The notes beneath the pieces were generated by a model. That model saw only the letters and a program-made list of their open reading frames with translations, was not told where the DNA came from and ran no database searches. A DNA stretch of 63,965 nt, filler included, from an uncultured bacterium (GTDB taxonomy: Bacteria; DAOPZR01): assembly GCA_964637655.1 (NCBI GenBank). It is 10 parts of 10 records of this genome, joined end to end, with 100 filler letters (N's around TTAATTAATTAA, not from the genome) between each part and the next. Parts side by side here need not be neighbours in the genome. Positions count along the whole stretch, not along the records: positions 6,973 to 13,830 come from CAZWUZ010000208.1; positions 13,931 to 20,768 come from CAZWUZ010000209.1; positions 20,869 to 27,599 come from CAZWUZ010000210.1; 7 more parts are not named here. One strand, 5' to 3'. Of the stretch, positions 9,168 through 21,330 are shown one piece after another. The position numbers and the translations under genes are program-made. Positions within the stretch are counted from its first letter, which is position 1; each line of letters opens with the position of its first letter.

Positions 9168-9890
9168 ATGAGCGGGTTCTATGCTGCCATCGGCGCGCAC
9201 TACGACGAGATTTTCCCCCTGGACGACGACATGGCGGATTTCCTGCTGCGCGCGCTGCCGCGCGGGCGGGTGCTCGATCTCGGCTGCGCGACGGGAAGCA
9301 TGGCGCTGCACCTTGCGGCGCTCGGCTACGAAGTGCACGGTTTCGACCTCGACGCGGGAATGGTCGCCACGGCGCAGGCGCGCGCGCGTGCTGCCGGGCT
9401 GCCCGCGACATTCGCGGTACGCGACCTGCGCGATACCGCGGCGAGCGGCACTCCCGGCTCACTGCGCGGTGCCTGGTGCACGGGGAACACGCTCGTGCAT
9501 CTGGGGGGCGAGGCGGAGATCGGCGCGCTGCTGCGCGACGTGGCAGTGCTGCTGGCGTCCGGCGGCGTGCTGGCGCTGCAGATCATCAATTACGACCGCG
9601 TGCTCGACAACAGCGTCACGGCGCTGCCGACCCGCGACACCCCGCTGCTCACCTTCACGCGCACCTATCGTCCCGCGGGCGCGCAGCTGGACTTCTGCAC
9701 CCGCCTGACGCTGAAGGCGGACGGGCATTCCTACGACCATTGCATTCCGCTTTACCCGCTGCGGGCGGCGGCACTCGAGTCGCTGCTGCGCGAGGCGGGA
9801 TTCAGCGACGTGAAGTTATCGGGTGATTTTACCGGCACCGCATGGTCAGCAACATCCTACCTGACGGTGGCGATAGCCCGCGTGCCCTGA
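9168..9890 (+). CDS. Class I SAM-dependent methyltransferase
   Basis: VLDLGCATG motif I and GNTLVHL; AGGAG RBS before ATG 9168. Confidence 0.9.
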   Translation: MSGFYAAIGAHYDEIFPLDDDMADFLLRALPRGRVLDLGCATGSMALHLAALGYEVHGFDLDAGMVATAQARARAAGLPATFAVRDLRDTAASGTPGSLRGAWCTGNTLVHLGGEAEIGALLRDVAVLLASGGVLALQIINYDRVLDNSVTALPTRDTPLLTFTRTYRPAGAQLDFCTRLTLKADGHSYDHCIPLYPLRAAALESLLREAGFSDVKLSGDFTGTAWSATSYLTVAIARVP

Positions 9891-9891
9891 G

Positions 9892-10899
9892 TCAGAAACG
9901 GAAATCAGCCAGCACGGGGTGGTGGTCGGAGAGACGATCGTCGTCGTGTTTGACAATGCGACAGCTGCCGGCCACATAGTGCGCGTCGAGCGCCTGTGGC
10001 ACGATGATGTGGTCGATGATGCGGTTATAGGTGCGCCCGCGATACGTGCCTGACACTGTATAATGGGTCGGCGGCAGGAAGGGGGCAGTGAGGAAACGCA
10101 CCCCTCCCACACGTTCCGCCTGCAGCAGCGGCGTCAGCGTGCTCTCCGCGTCGTCGCTGCCATGCTGGTCGTTGAAGTCACCGAGCAGCAGGCAACGGCC
10201 CGCCGCGGCGGTGCCCTGCTGCGCTTCGAGCCAGGCAAGCAGTCCCGCGCATTCCGCCGTGCGCCGGCGGTCGGACGCCCCGCGGTCACGGCCCGACTGC
10301 GCCTTGAGGTGCACCACCAGCGCGGAAAAGACGAGGCCGTTGCTGACAAAATCGGCGGTAATGGGGAGGCGGGCGAAGGTGGTACGCCGCCCGTTCTCCT
10401 CACCGACATAGCGGAAGCGGCGGTCGATCTGCCGCGGGCGCGAGGCGCGCACCTTCTGTTCATTCCAGACCAGTGCCAGGTCCTGCGGCAGGTCGGTATC
10501 GTCAATGAAACCGGCATAGGTTCGTTCGGGATAGCGGCGCTGCAGCGCGGCGATGAAGAGTTCCAGCGCGGCGCGGTTCTCGATCTCCTGCAGGGCGATG
10601 AGGTCGGCATCAACGAGTGCGGCGAGGCGGTCAGCCAGCGCTTCCGTGCCGCGCCGGACATTGCGCCCGAAATCGCCGTACTGCGCGTCGTTGCGGCGGT
10701 CATCATCACCGAAGAACATCAGATTGAAGGTGGCGACCGTCAGCGCGCCGCTGTCCGCCGCAGCTGCCGCCGCGGCTTCCGGCGCATGCTGCACTTCGAC
10801 CGGCACCTCCCCGCCGCAGCCGGCCAGCAGGCAGCCGAGCAGCAGGGCCGCCACGAGCGGCAGCGCTGAGCGCCGCTCAGCCGTCATTGTCGTCGTCAC
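9892..10899 (-). CDS. Endonuclease/exonuclease/phosphatase family lipoprotein
   Basis: LLAGC lipobox; ATFN, ALQE, VHLKA, GDFND, IDHI and SDHHPV motifs. Confidence 0.9.
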   Translation of the reverse strand: MTTTMTAERRSALPLVAALLLGCLLAGCGGEVPVEVQHAPEAAAAAAADSGALTVATFNLMFFGDDDRRNDAQYGDFGRNVRRGTEALADRLAALVDADLIALQEIENRAALELFIAALQRRYPERTYAGFIDDTDLPQDLALVWNEQKVRASRPRQIDRRFRYVGEENGRRTTFARLPITADFVSNGLVFSALVVHLKAQSGRDRGASDRRRTAECAGLLAWLEAQQGTAAAGRCLLLGDFNDQHGSDDAESTLTPLLQAERVGGVRFLTAPFLPPTHYTVSGTYRGRTYNRIIDHIIVPQALDAHYVAGSCRIVKHDDDRLSDHHPVLADFRF

Positions 10900-13830
10900 C
10901 GGCCGGAGCGGGGACGCGCACCTCGCTGTACTCGGTCATGCGCACTTCGCCCTGGTCATAGGCAAAGGTACAGCGCGACAGCTTCTCCTCGATATTGAGC
11001 GTGGCATTGCGCACGGTCAGGCGGCAGCCGGGATGGAGGAACGACATCGCGCCAATGCGCCCCTCGCTGCGCTCGCCCAGTTTCTGCTGCAGCGCCGCCT
11101 GCTGCGTTTCGAGCTTGGCGAGGCGCCCGGTCAGATTGCGCGACGCCGCCTGCAGCTGCAGCAGCAGTTCCTCCTTGGCGGGCGGGAGCGCCCCGGTCTT
11201 CGCTTTCAGTTCCGTCAGCACCTTCAACCCGGTGGCAACCTTGGTGTAATTGGTCTGGTAGTCCTCGAGCATCTTCGTCAGTTCCGCCACCTGCAGGCGC
11301 ACGGTCGGGTCGAGCCCGACCTTGATGATGGTGCGGGTTGCAACTTCCGCGCCCAGTTCGCGGGCGAAGACGGTGCGGGCGGCGCGGATGGTGCCCCCGA
11401 CGATGACCCCCTTCTTCCCGGCGGCACAGTGCACCGTATGCCCGGCACTGACCTCGCTGTGCAGGATGGTCTCGCTGATGACCACGTGGCGGCCGGCGAC
11501 AAGGGTGGCGGACTCGGCGAATTTGGCGCGGATATCGCGCCCGGCTTTGACCTGCGTCCCCTCGCTGCCGATGATGCCGCCCAGCACGATGACATCACCC
11601 TCGGCATCGAGCGTGGCGCGGCTGACGCTGCCGGCAGTAATGTTGCCCGAGGCGCGCACGGCAAACCCCTCGGTGATGCATCCCTTGACCAGCACCGAGC
11701 CGAAAAAGGTGATGTTTCCCGTTTCGAGGTTGACGTCACCGGCGACGTAGTGCACCGGTTCGACCTTGAACAGGTGCCCCATCTGCACCAGCTGCCCGTC
11801 GGCAGTGGCGACGATTTCACGCCCGTCCGCGGAGGCGGCAACGTTGCGCCCGCACTTGACCTGCACGCTGCGCGGCGGCTTTACGGCGATTTCGTTGTCG
11901 TAGATGTCGAGGCCCGGGGTGCCGGCCACCGGCGGATGGAGCACCGCGAGCAGCTGTCCCGCGGTGACGTTCTCGATGAGGTTGAGTTCGCGGAAGTCGA
12001 CCCGCCCGTGTTCGTCCTGAGCCGGGCGCGCTTCCTTCACCTGCGCCACTTTCATTTCGATGCGCCCGTCCTGTCCGGGCACGGGGGCGATGCCCTGCGC
12101 CACCACCACCGGTTCGCCGTAGCGCTGCTCGCTGAAGAGACGGCTGACCGCGGCAGCATCGATGCGCTTGATTCCCTTCTCGGCAAGTTTCTCGAGCACC
12201 TCAGCAGCGGTAACGGCACGCCCGAGCACCCTTGCCGCCGTCACCGTCACCGTGCACTGCAGGCGGTCGCGGCTGATTTCCAGGGTGAATTTCCCGTCGA
12301 GTTCCGGTTCGGGCTGGCGCGGGGCAATGACCACCTCGAGTCCCGACGCCTCCTTGACCGTGTCGGCGAGCAGTTTCGCATCGATTCCGCGGCTGTAGCC
12401 GCGTTTCGTCAGTTCCACCTTGACCGCGGCGGCATCAACTTTCTTCCCCGTGCCGCGCGCCGGGCGGACGGCGAGCAGCAGGCCATGGTCGGCATTGGTC
12501 ATGAGGAACGACCCGTCGTCGTTCTGCGACGCCTGCGCGAGCGCATCCGAGGCCTTGGCCGCGTCGCGTTTCGGCTGTTTGACCGACACCGTAATGATGT
12601 AGGGTTTCTGCCCGACCCCGAAAACCCCCTTGCTCTTTTCCTGCACGACGCGGTACTGCAACTGCTCGACGGGGCGGCCGAGCGCGGCAGCGGCCTGCCT
12701 GAGCCCCGCGGGAATTTCGTCGCAGGTGATTTCGACCGCGGTTTTGCGGGCCGCGCTGCCGGGCACGTAGAGCCGTTCGAGCGCGGCGGGATTCTCCCCG
12801 GCCACGGTCTGTACGGCAATGAACGGGGCAGGCGCCGCCCCGTCGCCTGTCTTGCGCTTGGGCGCAGGGAGCGGATAGACGAGCAGCGCGCTCTCCGGCA
12901 GACCGGTGAAGAGCGCCGCCTGCCGGCGCGCCTGCGCCTCGTCCGCGGCCTGCAGGCGCATCACCTTGCGCAGGCGCTGCAGGCGGGCCGCATGCTCAGC
13001 GAAATCGACCGCCGGCGCCTCACCCGTTGCGGCGAGGTTGATCAGCCCGCGCGGGCGCAGCACGCGCGGGTCGCGGTAGGTTTCCGCGGTGACACGGCCG
13101 CTGCGTTCGACGAACCCGACGCGCTTCTCCGCCTTGGCCAGGGTCAACACGTCGCTGCGCCCGATGGTCAGCTTGACCCCGGGAAATGCCGTGCCGGCGA
13201 CGCAGACCGTGCCCGCCACCGGGTTCTTCACCTGCTCGGCAAGCCGCGCCTCCTGCGCCGCGAGGCGTTCAAGGGCTTCCTCGCAGCGGTTGCGGATGGC
13301 GAGCTGCGCATCGAGCTGTTCCTGCGCCTCGGGCGTGATGGCCCCCGCCCGCTTGCGCGCGAGCAGTTCATGCGTCAGCTGCTGCGCCGGCTCGAACTGC
13401 GCGCGCAGCCGCTGCATTTCGCTGCGCACCAGTTCCAGCGCCTCCTTGTCGGCGCCGCGCGGGGCGGCCAGCACCACCGTTTCGGCCCCCGTACCGCTCC
13501 CCAGGTCGCGGCAGTTGAGTTCGCTCCCCGCCTGCAGCGTGCCCCCGACGACCAGTCCCTTGAGCCCGACGCAGACGATCTTCTCGCCCGCTTTGACCGT
13601 GCAGTGCATCAGTGCTTCGTCGATGATGATGTTGTTGTCCGCTTCGAGGGTCGCACTCTCGGCGAACCCGGCAAAAATATCCTGCCCGGCGGTCACCTTA
13701 CCCTTGCCGCCGCCGCGGATGCCCTTCTTGACGAGGACGGTGCCGCCGGCGCTGAGCGTGGCGCGCCCGACGGTGCCTTCGACGATGATGTTGCCGTCCG
13801 CCTGCAGCGTCACCCCGTCCTCGACACTCC
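10877..13830 (-). CDS. FapA/DUF342 family protein with two DUF342 modules and Jag_N-like domain(s), 5' truncated
   Basis: Two beta-helical DUF342 repeats (GKVTAGQDIFAGFAESATL; VKAGRDIRAKFAESATL), GRVDFREL, VAGDVNLETGNI, and a central VVQEKSKGVFGVGQKP. Confidence 0.85.
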
Positions 13831-13930
13831 NNNNNNNNNNNNNNNNNNNNNNNNNNNNNNNNNNNNNNNNNNNNTTAATTAATTAANNNNNNNNNNNNNN
13901 NNNNNNNNNNNNNNNNNNNNNNNNNNNNNN

Positions 13931-16900
13931 CAATTCTTGAAGGGCGTTGGCCCGCAGCGGGCGGAACTGCTCGAACGGCTCGAAGTGCTGGCGCTGGGCA
14001 ATGCCGACCCGCACATCCATTTCGCCATCCTGCGCGATTTTGCCGACGCGGCGTCAGCGGCGATGCCGCAGGACGAGGCGATCCTCGCCGCGGCGCGTGC
14101 GGGCATTGCGGCGCTGAACGCCCGCGGCGGTGACGGGGGCGGCAACACCTTCTACCTGTTCCATCGCGCGCGGCAGTGGAACCCGCAGGAGAACGCGTGG
14201 ATGGGGTGGGAGCGCAAGCGCGGCAAACTCGAGGAGTGGAACCGCCTGCTGCGCGGCGCCACCGACACCAGTTATGCCGTGCAGGTCGGCGACCTGGCGG
14301 TGCTGCCGTCGGTGCGCTACTGTCTGACCCTCGATTCCGACACGCGCCTGCCGCGCGATACGGCAAAGAAACTGATCGGCATCATTGCCCATCCGCTCAA
14401 TCGCCCGCACTACGATGCCCGTCTCGGCCGGGTGACGTCGGGGTATGGCATCCTGCAGCCGCGGGTGAGCGTGACCATGGCGAGCGCGGCCGGGTCGCTC
14501 TTTGCCCGCCTGTATGCGGGCCATACCGGGGTCGACCCGTACACCACGGCCGTGTCGGACACCTACCAGGACCTGTTTGACGAGGGGATATTCACCGGCA
14601 AGGGGCTCTACGAGGTGGATGCGTTCACCGCGGCGCTCGACGGACGCGCCCCGGAGAACATGATCCTGTCGCATGACCTGTTCGAGGGGGTGTACGCGCG
14701 CACGGCGCTGGTCACCGATGTCGAGGTGGTGGACGACTACCCGGCGAGCGTACTGACCCACGCGCGGCGCCAGCACCGCTGGGTGCGGGGTGACTGGCAG
14801 ATCCTCTGCTGGCTGCTCCCGTGGGTGCCGTCACGGGCTGGCTGGCAGCGCAACCGCCTGCCGCTCATCGCGCGCTGGAAAATATTCGACAACCTGCGGC
14901 GGAGCGTGACGCCCCCCGCCACGGTGGTCCTGCTCCTGGCGGCCTGGTCATGCCTGCCGGGCAGCCCGCTGGTGTGGATGCTCGCGGTGCTCGCGCTGCT
15001 GGCCTTCCCGCTGGTCCCGCTCGCCTGCGCGGTGCCCGTACCGGGCCTGCGCCGGCCATGGGTGGTGGTGTTGCGCGCGGTGGCGGAGGATACCGCGACC
15101 ACGCTGGCGCGGATCATGCTGCAGGTGGTGTTCATGGCGTACGATGCCGCCGTGCGCACCCATGCGATCGTGCTGACCCTGGTGCGTCTGGCGTGGACCC
15201 AGCGGCGGATGCTGGAATGGGAGACCGCGGCGGCGAGCGCGCAGCGCCCGGCACAGCGCGACTACCGTTCGGGGATACGCCATTTCTACCGGGAGATGCT
15301 CGCCAGTCCGGTCCTCGCGGTGGCGGGACTGCTGCTGGCCGCGCTGCGCGGGCCGGGCACGTTCGCGGCGGCCGCGCCGGTGCTGGTGCTGTGGCTCGCG
15401 GCGCCGTCGGTCGCCTGGCGCCTGAGCCGGCCGGTGCAGCCGCGGCGCAGCGAACCGGGGGAGGCGGAGCGCACCCTGTTTTTGCAGGTGGCGCGCCAGA
15501 CCTGGCAGTACTTCGCGACGTTCATGGACAGCAGCAATCACGCGCTGCCGCCCGACAATGTGCAGGAGGTGCCGGAGCAGCGGGTGGCGCAGCGGACCTC
15601 GCCGACGAATATCGGCATGGGGCTGCTGGCGACGCTCGCGGCCTACGATCTCGGGTTCATCGATGTGCCGGAACTGACGCAGCGGCTCGACGCGACGCTC
15701 ACGACCATGGAGGGGCTCGAGCGCTACGAGGGGCATCTGCTCAACTGGTACGATACGCAGACCCTGGCACCGCTGGCGCCATCCTATGTCTCCACCGTTG
15801 ACAGCGGTAACCTCGCGGGCGCGCTGATGGCGCTGGCGGAAGGGTTGCGTCAGGTGCAGCGTGCGGCCGGGGGGGAGACGCTGCCCGGCCGGCTCGACGA
15901 ACTGGCGGCCCGCGCCACGGCGTTTGCCGACGGGATGAACTTCCGCTTCCTCTACGATCCGCAGTTCCGCCTGCTCGCCATCGGCTATCGCCTTGCTGAC
16001 GCCGGCGGCCCCGGCCGCCGTGACACCGCCACGTACGACCTGCTCGCTTCCGAGGCGCGCCTGGCGAGTTTCATCGGCATCGCCCGCGGCGAACTGCCCG
16101 AAACCCACTGGTTCCATCTCGGTCGGCTGATCACCAGCGTTGACGGTGCGCCCACGCTCCTGTCGTGGAGCGCGACGATGTTCGAGTACCTGATGCCGCG
16201 GCTGCTGATGAAGAGTTACCCGGAGACGCTGCTCGAACAGAGTTGCCGGATGGCGGTGCGGCGGCAGATGGCGTACGGCCGCGCGCGCGGCGTGCCGTGG
16301 GGCATCTCGGAATGCGCGTATGCCGCAGTCGACCGGCACGACACCTACCAGTACAAGGCGTTTGGCGTGCCCGGTCTCGGGTTGAAGCGCGGACTGGGCG
16401 ATGAGCTGGTGGTGGCACCGTACGCCACCGCGCTGGCGGCGATGCTGGAGCCGGCGGCTGCGGCCCGCAACCTGCGGCGGCTGGCCGACGCGGGGCTGTC
16501 CGGCGCGTACGGCTACTACGAGGCCATCGACTACACCCATCGTAAAGCCGGCGAGGCGGACGATGAGGCGGCTGCGTCTGCGTCGGGCACGGTGGTGCGG
16601 GCCTACATGGCGCATCATCAGGGGATGATCCTCGTGGCGCTGGCCAACGCGCTCAACGGCGACCTGATGGTCAGGCGGTTCCATGCGGACCCGCGGGTGC
16701 GGGCGACCGAGATGCTGCTGCAGGAACGGGTGCCGCGGCTGGCCGCGATCACGCAGCCGCGTCCCGTCGGGGAGACCCGGCTGGCGGAACCGGCAGCGGC
16801 CATGGCGATGCGTCGTTTCCGCTCACCGCACACGCAGGTGCCGCACGCGCAGTTCCTGTCCAACGGCACCTACACCGCGGTGGTCACCAATGCCGGCGGG

Positions 16901-19900
16901 GGCGCCAGTTTCTGCCGCGGTCGCGCGGTCACGCGCTACCGCGAGGACGGCACGCGCGACCCGGGGAGCCAGTTCATCTACCTGCGCGACGTGCGTGACG
17001 GGGCGGTGTGGTCCGCCACGTTCCAGCCGACCGCGGCGGAACCGGACGAGTACCTGGTCTCGTTCCTCGCGGAGAAGGCGACGTTCAACCGTCGTGACGG
17101 CGATATCGCCACGCAACTCGATATTGCGGTCTCAGCGGAAGACGACGTGGAAGTGCGCCGGCTGACGGTGACGAACCACGGCAGCCGCCCGCGCGAACTG
17201 GAAGTAACGAGTTATGTTGAAATCGTGCTGGCGCCGCCGGCTGACGACCTGGCGCATCCCGCCTTCTGCAAACTGTTCATCGAGACCGAGTACGTGCCGG
17301 AAAACGCCGCCCTGCTCTGCCGCCGGCGCCCGCGCGCGGCTGATGACGCGCCCGTCTGGGCGGTGCATGTCATGAGCCTTGCCGGGCGGATGCAGGGCGC
17401 AGTGGAATGGGAGACCGATCGCGCCCGGTTTCTCGGACGCGGGCGCGGGCCCGACAACCCGCAGGCGCTTGACGGCCGTTCGCTTTCGGGCACCACCGGC
17501 TTTGTCATCGATCCGGTGGCCTGTCTGCGCCAGCGCCTGCGGCTCGCGCCGGGCGGTTCCATGCGGCTGTCATTCGCCACCGGCATGGCGACGTCACGCG
17601 AGGCCGCGCTGGCCCTGGCGGTGCGCTACCACGAACCGAGCGCGGCGGCGCGCACGTTCGCCCTCGCGTTCGCGCAGGCGCAGAGCGCCTGCCGCTACCT
17701 GAACATCTCCCGGGAAGAGGCGCTGTTGTATGAGCGGCTCTCCTCGCGGGTGCTCTACGCGGACGATTCGCTGCGCGCCGCGCCGGAACTGCTGGCGCAG
17801 AACACGCTCGGGCAGCCGGGCCTCTGGCCGCACAGCATTTCCGGTGATCTCCCCATCCTGCTCGTGCGGGTGACTGAGGAGGACGACCTGACGCTGGTGC
17901 GGCAAGTGCTGCAGGCGCAGGAATACTGGCGGCTCAAGGGTCTGCGCGCCGACGTGGTGATCCTCAACGAGCATCCGGTGAGCTACTTCGACGAGATGCA
18001 TGCGGCCCTGACGGCGCTCCTCGACAACGGCCCGTGGCAGAACTGGAAGCACTGTCCCGGAGGGGCCTACCTGCTGCGCGGTGACCGGCTGGGCGCGGCG
18101 GAGCGCACGCTGCTGGTCAGCGTGGCGCGCGCGGTGCTGGCCGGCGACCGGGGTGAACTGGCGCAGCAGTTGCGCCGGCCCGATCCCGCCTGGCCGGTGC
18201 CGCTCCCCTTTGTGCCGACGGCGCCGGTGCCGGTCGCAGTGCCCATGGAGGTGCCGGTGCCGTCGCTGACACTGGCGCACGAACTGGGCGGGTTTGCCGA
18301 CGGCGGGCGCGAATACGCGGTGGTCGTCGACGGGGACCGGGAAACGCCGCTGCCATGGTGCAATGTCATCGCCAATCCGTCGTTCGGGACGGTGCTCAGC
18401 GCGTCGGGCGCGGCCTATACCTGGGCGGGCAACAGCCGCGAAAACCGGCTCACGCCGTTTGCCAATGACCCCGTCAGCGATCCGGCCGGCGAAGCGCTCT
18501 ACCTGCGTGATGACGACACCGGGGTGGTCTGGTCGCCGACGCCAGGTCCGCTGCCGCGCACGCCGGCTGATGGCCGCTGTGTGGTGCGGCACGGGGCGGG
18601 AATCTCGCATTTCACCCGCGCGCTGCATGGCATCCGCCAGTATCTCGATCTGTTTGTCGATCCGGCCGACCCGGTGAAATTCTCGCTGCTGACGCTGGTC
18701 AACGAAAGCGCCGGGGTGCGCCGCCTGAGCGTCTACGCCTATAATGCGTGGGTGCTGGGACCGCCGCAGGGTGGGCCGGGGGCGCTGATTGTCACGGAGC
18801 GTGATGCCGCGACCGGGGCGCTCTTTGCCCGCAACACGTACAGCCAGGAGTTTGCGGGGCGGGTGGCGTTTGCCTACACCGACGGGGCTGCGGATGCGAC
18901 CGGTGACGCCCGCTCGTTTCTCGGCCGCAACGGTGCTACGACCCGGCCGGCGGCGCTGCGCCATGCCGGTCTCTCCGGCCGTTTCGGGGCGGGGCTCGAC
19001 CCCTGCGCCGCGCTGCGCGTCGCCCTCACGCTGCAACCCGGGGAGACGCGCAACGTGGTCTTTATTCTCGGGCAGGGCAACGATGCGGAACAGGCCCGCG
19101 AGCTGGTGCGGCGGCACGGGCACCTGGCCGGCGCGGAGGCGGCACGCGAAGCGAGCCGCCGCGTCTGGGACGACCTGCTGGCGACGGTGCAGGTGCGCAC
19201 GCCCGACGATTCGTTCGACCTGCTGCTGAACCGCTGGCTGCTCTACCAGAACGTGAGCTGCCGCCTGTGGGCACGCTCGGCCTATTATCAGCCGGGCGGC
19301 GCTTTCGGGTTCCGCGACCAGCTGCAGGATGTGCTGGCGCTGACGCTGGCGCGCCCCGACCTGCAGCGCGCGCACCTGCTGCGGGCCGCGTCCCGGCAGT
19401 TCCGCGAGGGGGATGTGCAGCACTGGTGGCATGAGCCGTCCGGGCGGGGGACGCGCACGCGCTGCTCTGACGACCTGCTCTGGCTGCCGTACGCGGCGGC
19501 GCAGTATGTCGCGGCCACCGGTGATACCGGGGTGCTGGACGAAGTGGTGCCGTACCTCGAGGCGCCGCTGCTCGACCCGGGGGTACAGGACGCGTACGGC
19601 GAACCGCGCGTTGCCGCGGCAGCGGGCACGCTGTGGGAACATTGCCTGCGCGCGCTCGACAAGGGGCTGACCATCGGCGTGCATGGCCTGCCGCTGATGG
19701 GGAGCTGTGACTGGAACGACGGGATGAACCGCGTGGGACATGACGGGCGCGGTGAAAGTGTCTGGCTCGGCTTTTTCCTGCACACGGTGCTGACCGCGCT
19801 GGCGCCGTTGTGTGAACTGCGGCAGGATCACGAACGGGCCGCGCGCTACCGTGCCGAGGCCACCCGGCTTGGCGGCATTCTCGAGCAGGCGTGGGATGGC

Positions 19901-20680
19901 GAATGGTACCGGCGCGGCTACTATGACGACGGCATGCCGCTCGGCTCCGCGCAGAACGACGAATGCCGCATCGACGCCATCGCGCAGGCGTGGGCGGCGC
20001 TCTCGGGTGCGGTGCCCGTCCGCTTCGCGGAGCGCGCGCTCGACGCGGTGCGCACCCATCTGATCCGCCGCGGCCCGCAGGTCGTGCTGCTGCTCGATCC
20101 GCCGTTCGACAGCTCGGCGCAGGACCCGGGCTACATCAAGGGGTATCCGCCCGGGGTGCGCGAGAATGGCGGGCAGTACACGCATGGCGCGATCTGGGTG
20201 ATGATGGCCATGGCGAAACTGGGGAGCGGCGACGAGGCGATGGAACTGTTCCACATGCTCAATCCCGTCAACCATGCGCGTACGGCCGCCGACGTCGAGC
20301 GCTATCAGGTCGAACCGTACGTCATGGCGGGCGATGTCTACGCCCACCCGCAGCATGCGGGACGCGGCGGCTGGTCGTGGTATACCGGTGCCGCGGGATG
20401 GATGTACCGCGCCGGGCTGGAAACCATGCTCGGCCTGCGCCGTCGCGGCGACACGTTTGCTGTCGAGCCGTGCATCCCGACGTCATGGCCGGCCTACGAA
20501 ATCAACTGGCGGCATGGACAGACCCGCTACGAGATTGCGGTTACCAATCCGGGGCGCCGGTGCCGCGGTGTGGCGTCAGCCACGCTGGACGGCGTGGCGG
20601 TTGACCATGCCGCCATTCCGCTTACTGATGACGGTGGCGTGCACCACGTCTGCCTCGTGCTGGGCGATCCCGTGGCGTAG
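13931..20680 (+). CDS. ndvB: Cyclic beta-1,2-glucan synthase (Cgs/NdvB/ChvB; GT84 plus GH94 domains), 5' truncated
   Basis: [66 protein letters not shown] and RENGGQYTH. The first ~50 nt look foreign (see findings). Confidence 0.93.
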   Translation, partial: QFLKGVGPQRAELLERLEVLALGNADPHIHFAILRDFADAASAAMPQDEAILAAARAGIAALNARGGDGGGNTFYLFHRARQWNPQENAWMGWERKRGKLEEWNRLLRGATDTSYAVQVGDLAVLPSVRYCLTLDSDTRLPRDTAKKLIGIIAHPLNRPHYDARLGRVTSGYGILQPRVSVTMASAAGSLFARLYAGHTGVDPYTTAVSDTYQDLFDEGIFTGKGLYEVDAFTAALDGRAPENMILSHDLFEGVYARTALVTDVEVVDDYPASVLTHARRQHRWVRGDWQILCWLLPWVPSRAGWQRNRLPLIARWKIFDNLRRSVTPPATVVLLLAAWSCLPGSPLVWMLAVLALLAFPLVPLACAVPVPGLRRPWVVVLRAVAEDTATTLARIMLQVVFMAYDAAVRTHAIVLTLVRLAWTQRRMLEWETAAASAQRPAQRDYRSGIRHFYREMLASPVLAVAGLLLAALRGPGTFAAAAPVLVLWLAAPSVAWRLSRPVQPRRSEPGEAERTLFLQVARQTWQYFATFMDSSNHALPPDNVQEVPEQRVAQRTSPTNIGMGLLATLAAYDLGFIDVPELTQRLDATLTTMEGLERYEGHLLNWYDTQTLAPLAPSYVSTVDSGNLAGALMALAEGLRQVQRAAGGETLPGRLDELAARATAFADGMNFRFLYDPQFRLLAIGYRLADAGGPGRRDTATYDLLASEARLASFIGIARGELPETHWFHLGRLITSVDGAPTLLSWSATMFEYLMPRLLMKSYPETLLEQSCRMAVRRQMAYGRARGVPWGISECAYAAVDRHDTYQYKAFGVPGLGLKRGLGDELVVAPYATALAAMLEPAAAARNLRRLADAGLSGAYGYYEAIDYTHRKAGEADDEAAASASGTVVRAYMAHHQGMILVALANALNGDLMVRRFHADPRVRATEMLLQERVPRLAAITQPRPVGETRLAEPAAAMAMRRFRSPHTQVPHAQFLSNGTYTAVVTNAGGGASFCRGRAVTRYREDGTRDPGSQFIYLRDVRDGAVWSATFQPTAAEPDEYLVSFLAEKATFNRRDGDIATQLDIAVSAEDDVEVRRLTVTNHGSRPRELEVTSYVEIVLAPPADDLAHPAFCKLFIETEYVPENAALLCRRRPRAADDAPVWAVHVMSLAGRMQGAVEWETDRARFLGRGRGPDNPQALDGRSLSGTTGFVIDPVACLRQRLRLAPGGSMRLSFATGMATSREAALALAVRYHEPSAAARTFALAFAQAQSACRYLNISREEALLYERLSSRVLYADDSLRAAPELLAQNTLGQPGLWPHSISGDLPILLVRVTEEDDLTLVRQVLQAQEYWRLKGLRADVVILNEHPVSYFDEMHAALTALLDNGPWQNWKHCPGGAYLLRGDRLGAAERTLLVSVARAVLAGDRGELAQQLRRPDPAWPVPLPFVPTAPVPVAVPMEVPVPSLTLAHELGGFADGGREYAVVVDGDRETPLPWCNVIANPSFGTVLSASGAAYTWAGNSRENRLTPFANDPVSDPAGEALYLRDDDTGVVWSPTPGPLPRTPADGRCVVRHGAGISHFTRALHGIRQYLDLFVDPADPVKFSLLTLVNESAGVRRLSVYAYNAWVLGPPQGGPGALIVTERDAATGALFARNTYSQEFAGRVAFAYTDGAADATGDARSFLGRNGATTRPAALRHAGLSGRFGAGLDPCAALRVALTLQPGETRNVVFILGQGNDAEQARELVRRHGHLAGAEAAREASRRVWDDLLATVQVRTPDDSFDLLLNRWLLYQNVSCRLWARSAYYQPGGAFGFRDQLQDVLALTLARPDLQRAHLLRAASRQFREGDVQHWWHEPSGRGTRTRCSDDLLWLPYAAAQYVAATGDTGVLDEVVPYLEAPLLDPGVQDAYGEPRVAAAAGTLWEHCLRALDKGLTIGVHGLPLMGSCDWNDGMNRVGHDGRGESVWLGFFLHTVLTALAPLCELRQDHERAARYRAEATRLGGILEQAWDGEWYRRGYYDDGMPLGSAQNDECRIDAIAQAWAALSGAVPVRFAERALDAVRTHLIRRGPQVVLLLDPPFDSSAQDPGYIKGYPPGVRENGGQYTHGAIWVMMAMAKLGSGDEAMELFHMLNPVNHARTAADVERYQVEPYVMAGDVYAHPQHAGRGGWSWYTGAAGWMYRAGLETMLGLRRRGDTFAVEPCIPTSWPAYEINWRHGQTRYEIAVTNPGRRCRGVASATLDGVAVDHAAIPLTDDGGVHHVCLVLGDPVA

Positions 20681-20868
20681 TTGCCGGCAGCGGGAGCCAC
20701 ATGCTACAAACAGCAGACGATGGTGATGCACGCGGAGAAGATGATGCGCTACGATTTTGACCGGAGTANNNNNNNNNNNNNNNNNNNNNNNNNNNNNNNN
20801 NNNNNNNNNNNNTTAATTAATTAANNNNNNNNNNNNNNNNNNNNNNNNNNNNNNNNNNNNNNNNNNNN

Positions 20869-20923
20869 AAGTGGGTCACTTTGAAGTGCCCACGGGTGGG
20901 TCACTTTCAACTGCCCTTTGACA
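20869..20923 (-). mobile_element. Terminal inverted repeat of an IS21-family element at the contig end
   Basis: Minus strand TGTCAAAGGGCAGTTGAAAGTGACCCACCCGTGGGCACTTCAAAGTGACCCAC: TGTCA terminus plus tandem AAAGTGACCCAC subrepeats. Confidence 0.75.
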
Positions 20924-21093
20924 CCCAAATGCCGGCAGTTCAGAACCGGGGACAGTGGTCCTTCTGCCGCCAAGACGCGTATGTGGTCAACCAGTTTGGC
21001 AGCGGCAATGCCATTGTCTTTGGCTAACGCCTCAATGAAACCGGCAACCGGGTCCCGCCGCCCTTGACGAAAATACCGCACCTCCGGAATCAT
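20924..21093 (-). pseudogene. RelE/HigB (Gp49-like) toxin gene interrupted by the IS end
   Basis: MIPEVRYFRQGRRDPVAGFIEAL...IRVLAAEGP...RHLG resembles HigB/RelE N-termini; the frame runs into the IS terminus at 20923. Confidence 0.65.
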
Positions 21094-21099
21094 GGTCAC

Positions 21100-21128
21100 A
21101 GTATAAGCGATAACTTATATTTTGTCAA
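21100..21128 (-). promoter_or_regulatory. Consensus sigma70 promoter with overlapping palindromic operator; leaderless transcript
   Basis: TTGACA-17-TATACT, ATG 6 nt downstream of the -10; palindrome TATAAG-N6-CTTATA at 21102-21119. Confidence 0.8.
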
Positions 21129-21219
21129 GGACTTTTTTTGCCAATCCGGACAATGGTAGTTGAGAGTAATTGGGATCAATTCATCAACTGTTCCTATTTG
21201 CGTTTTGCCTGAGCGTTTT

Positions 21220-21284
21220 GCCTGACGATTAGCGTTCTGCGTTGAGCCGCGCGAGCGGCGAAGCACAGGAACGCGAAGTTAGCC
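21220..21284 (-). mobile_element. Integron attC site (distal), core GTC instead of GTT
   Basis: Minus strand GGCTAAC...51-nt imperfect palindrome...GTCAGGC; 46 of 51 internal nt identical to 22053-22117. Confidence 0.8.
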
Positions 21285-21330
21285 CGCGTTTCAACTATTT
21301 TATTGGGCATGCTTCTCCATGCTCCATAGC

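Noticed and set aside
10553-13882. 1109-aa plus-strand ORF
   Set aside because: Antisense shadow of the GC-rich FapA gene; no recognisable motifs.
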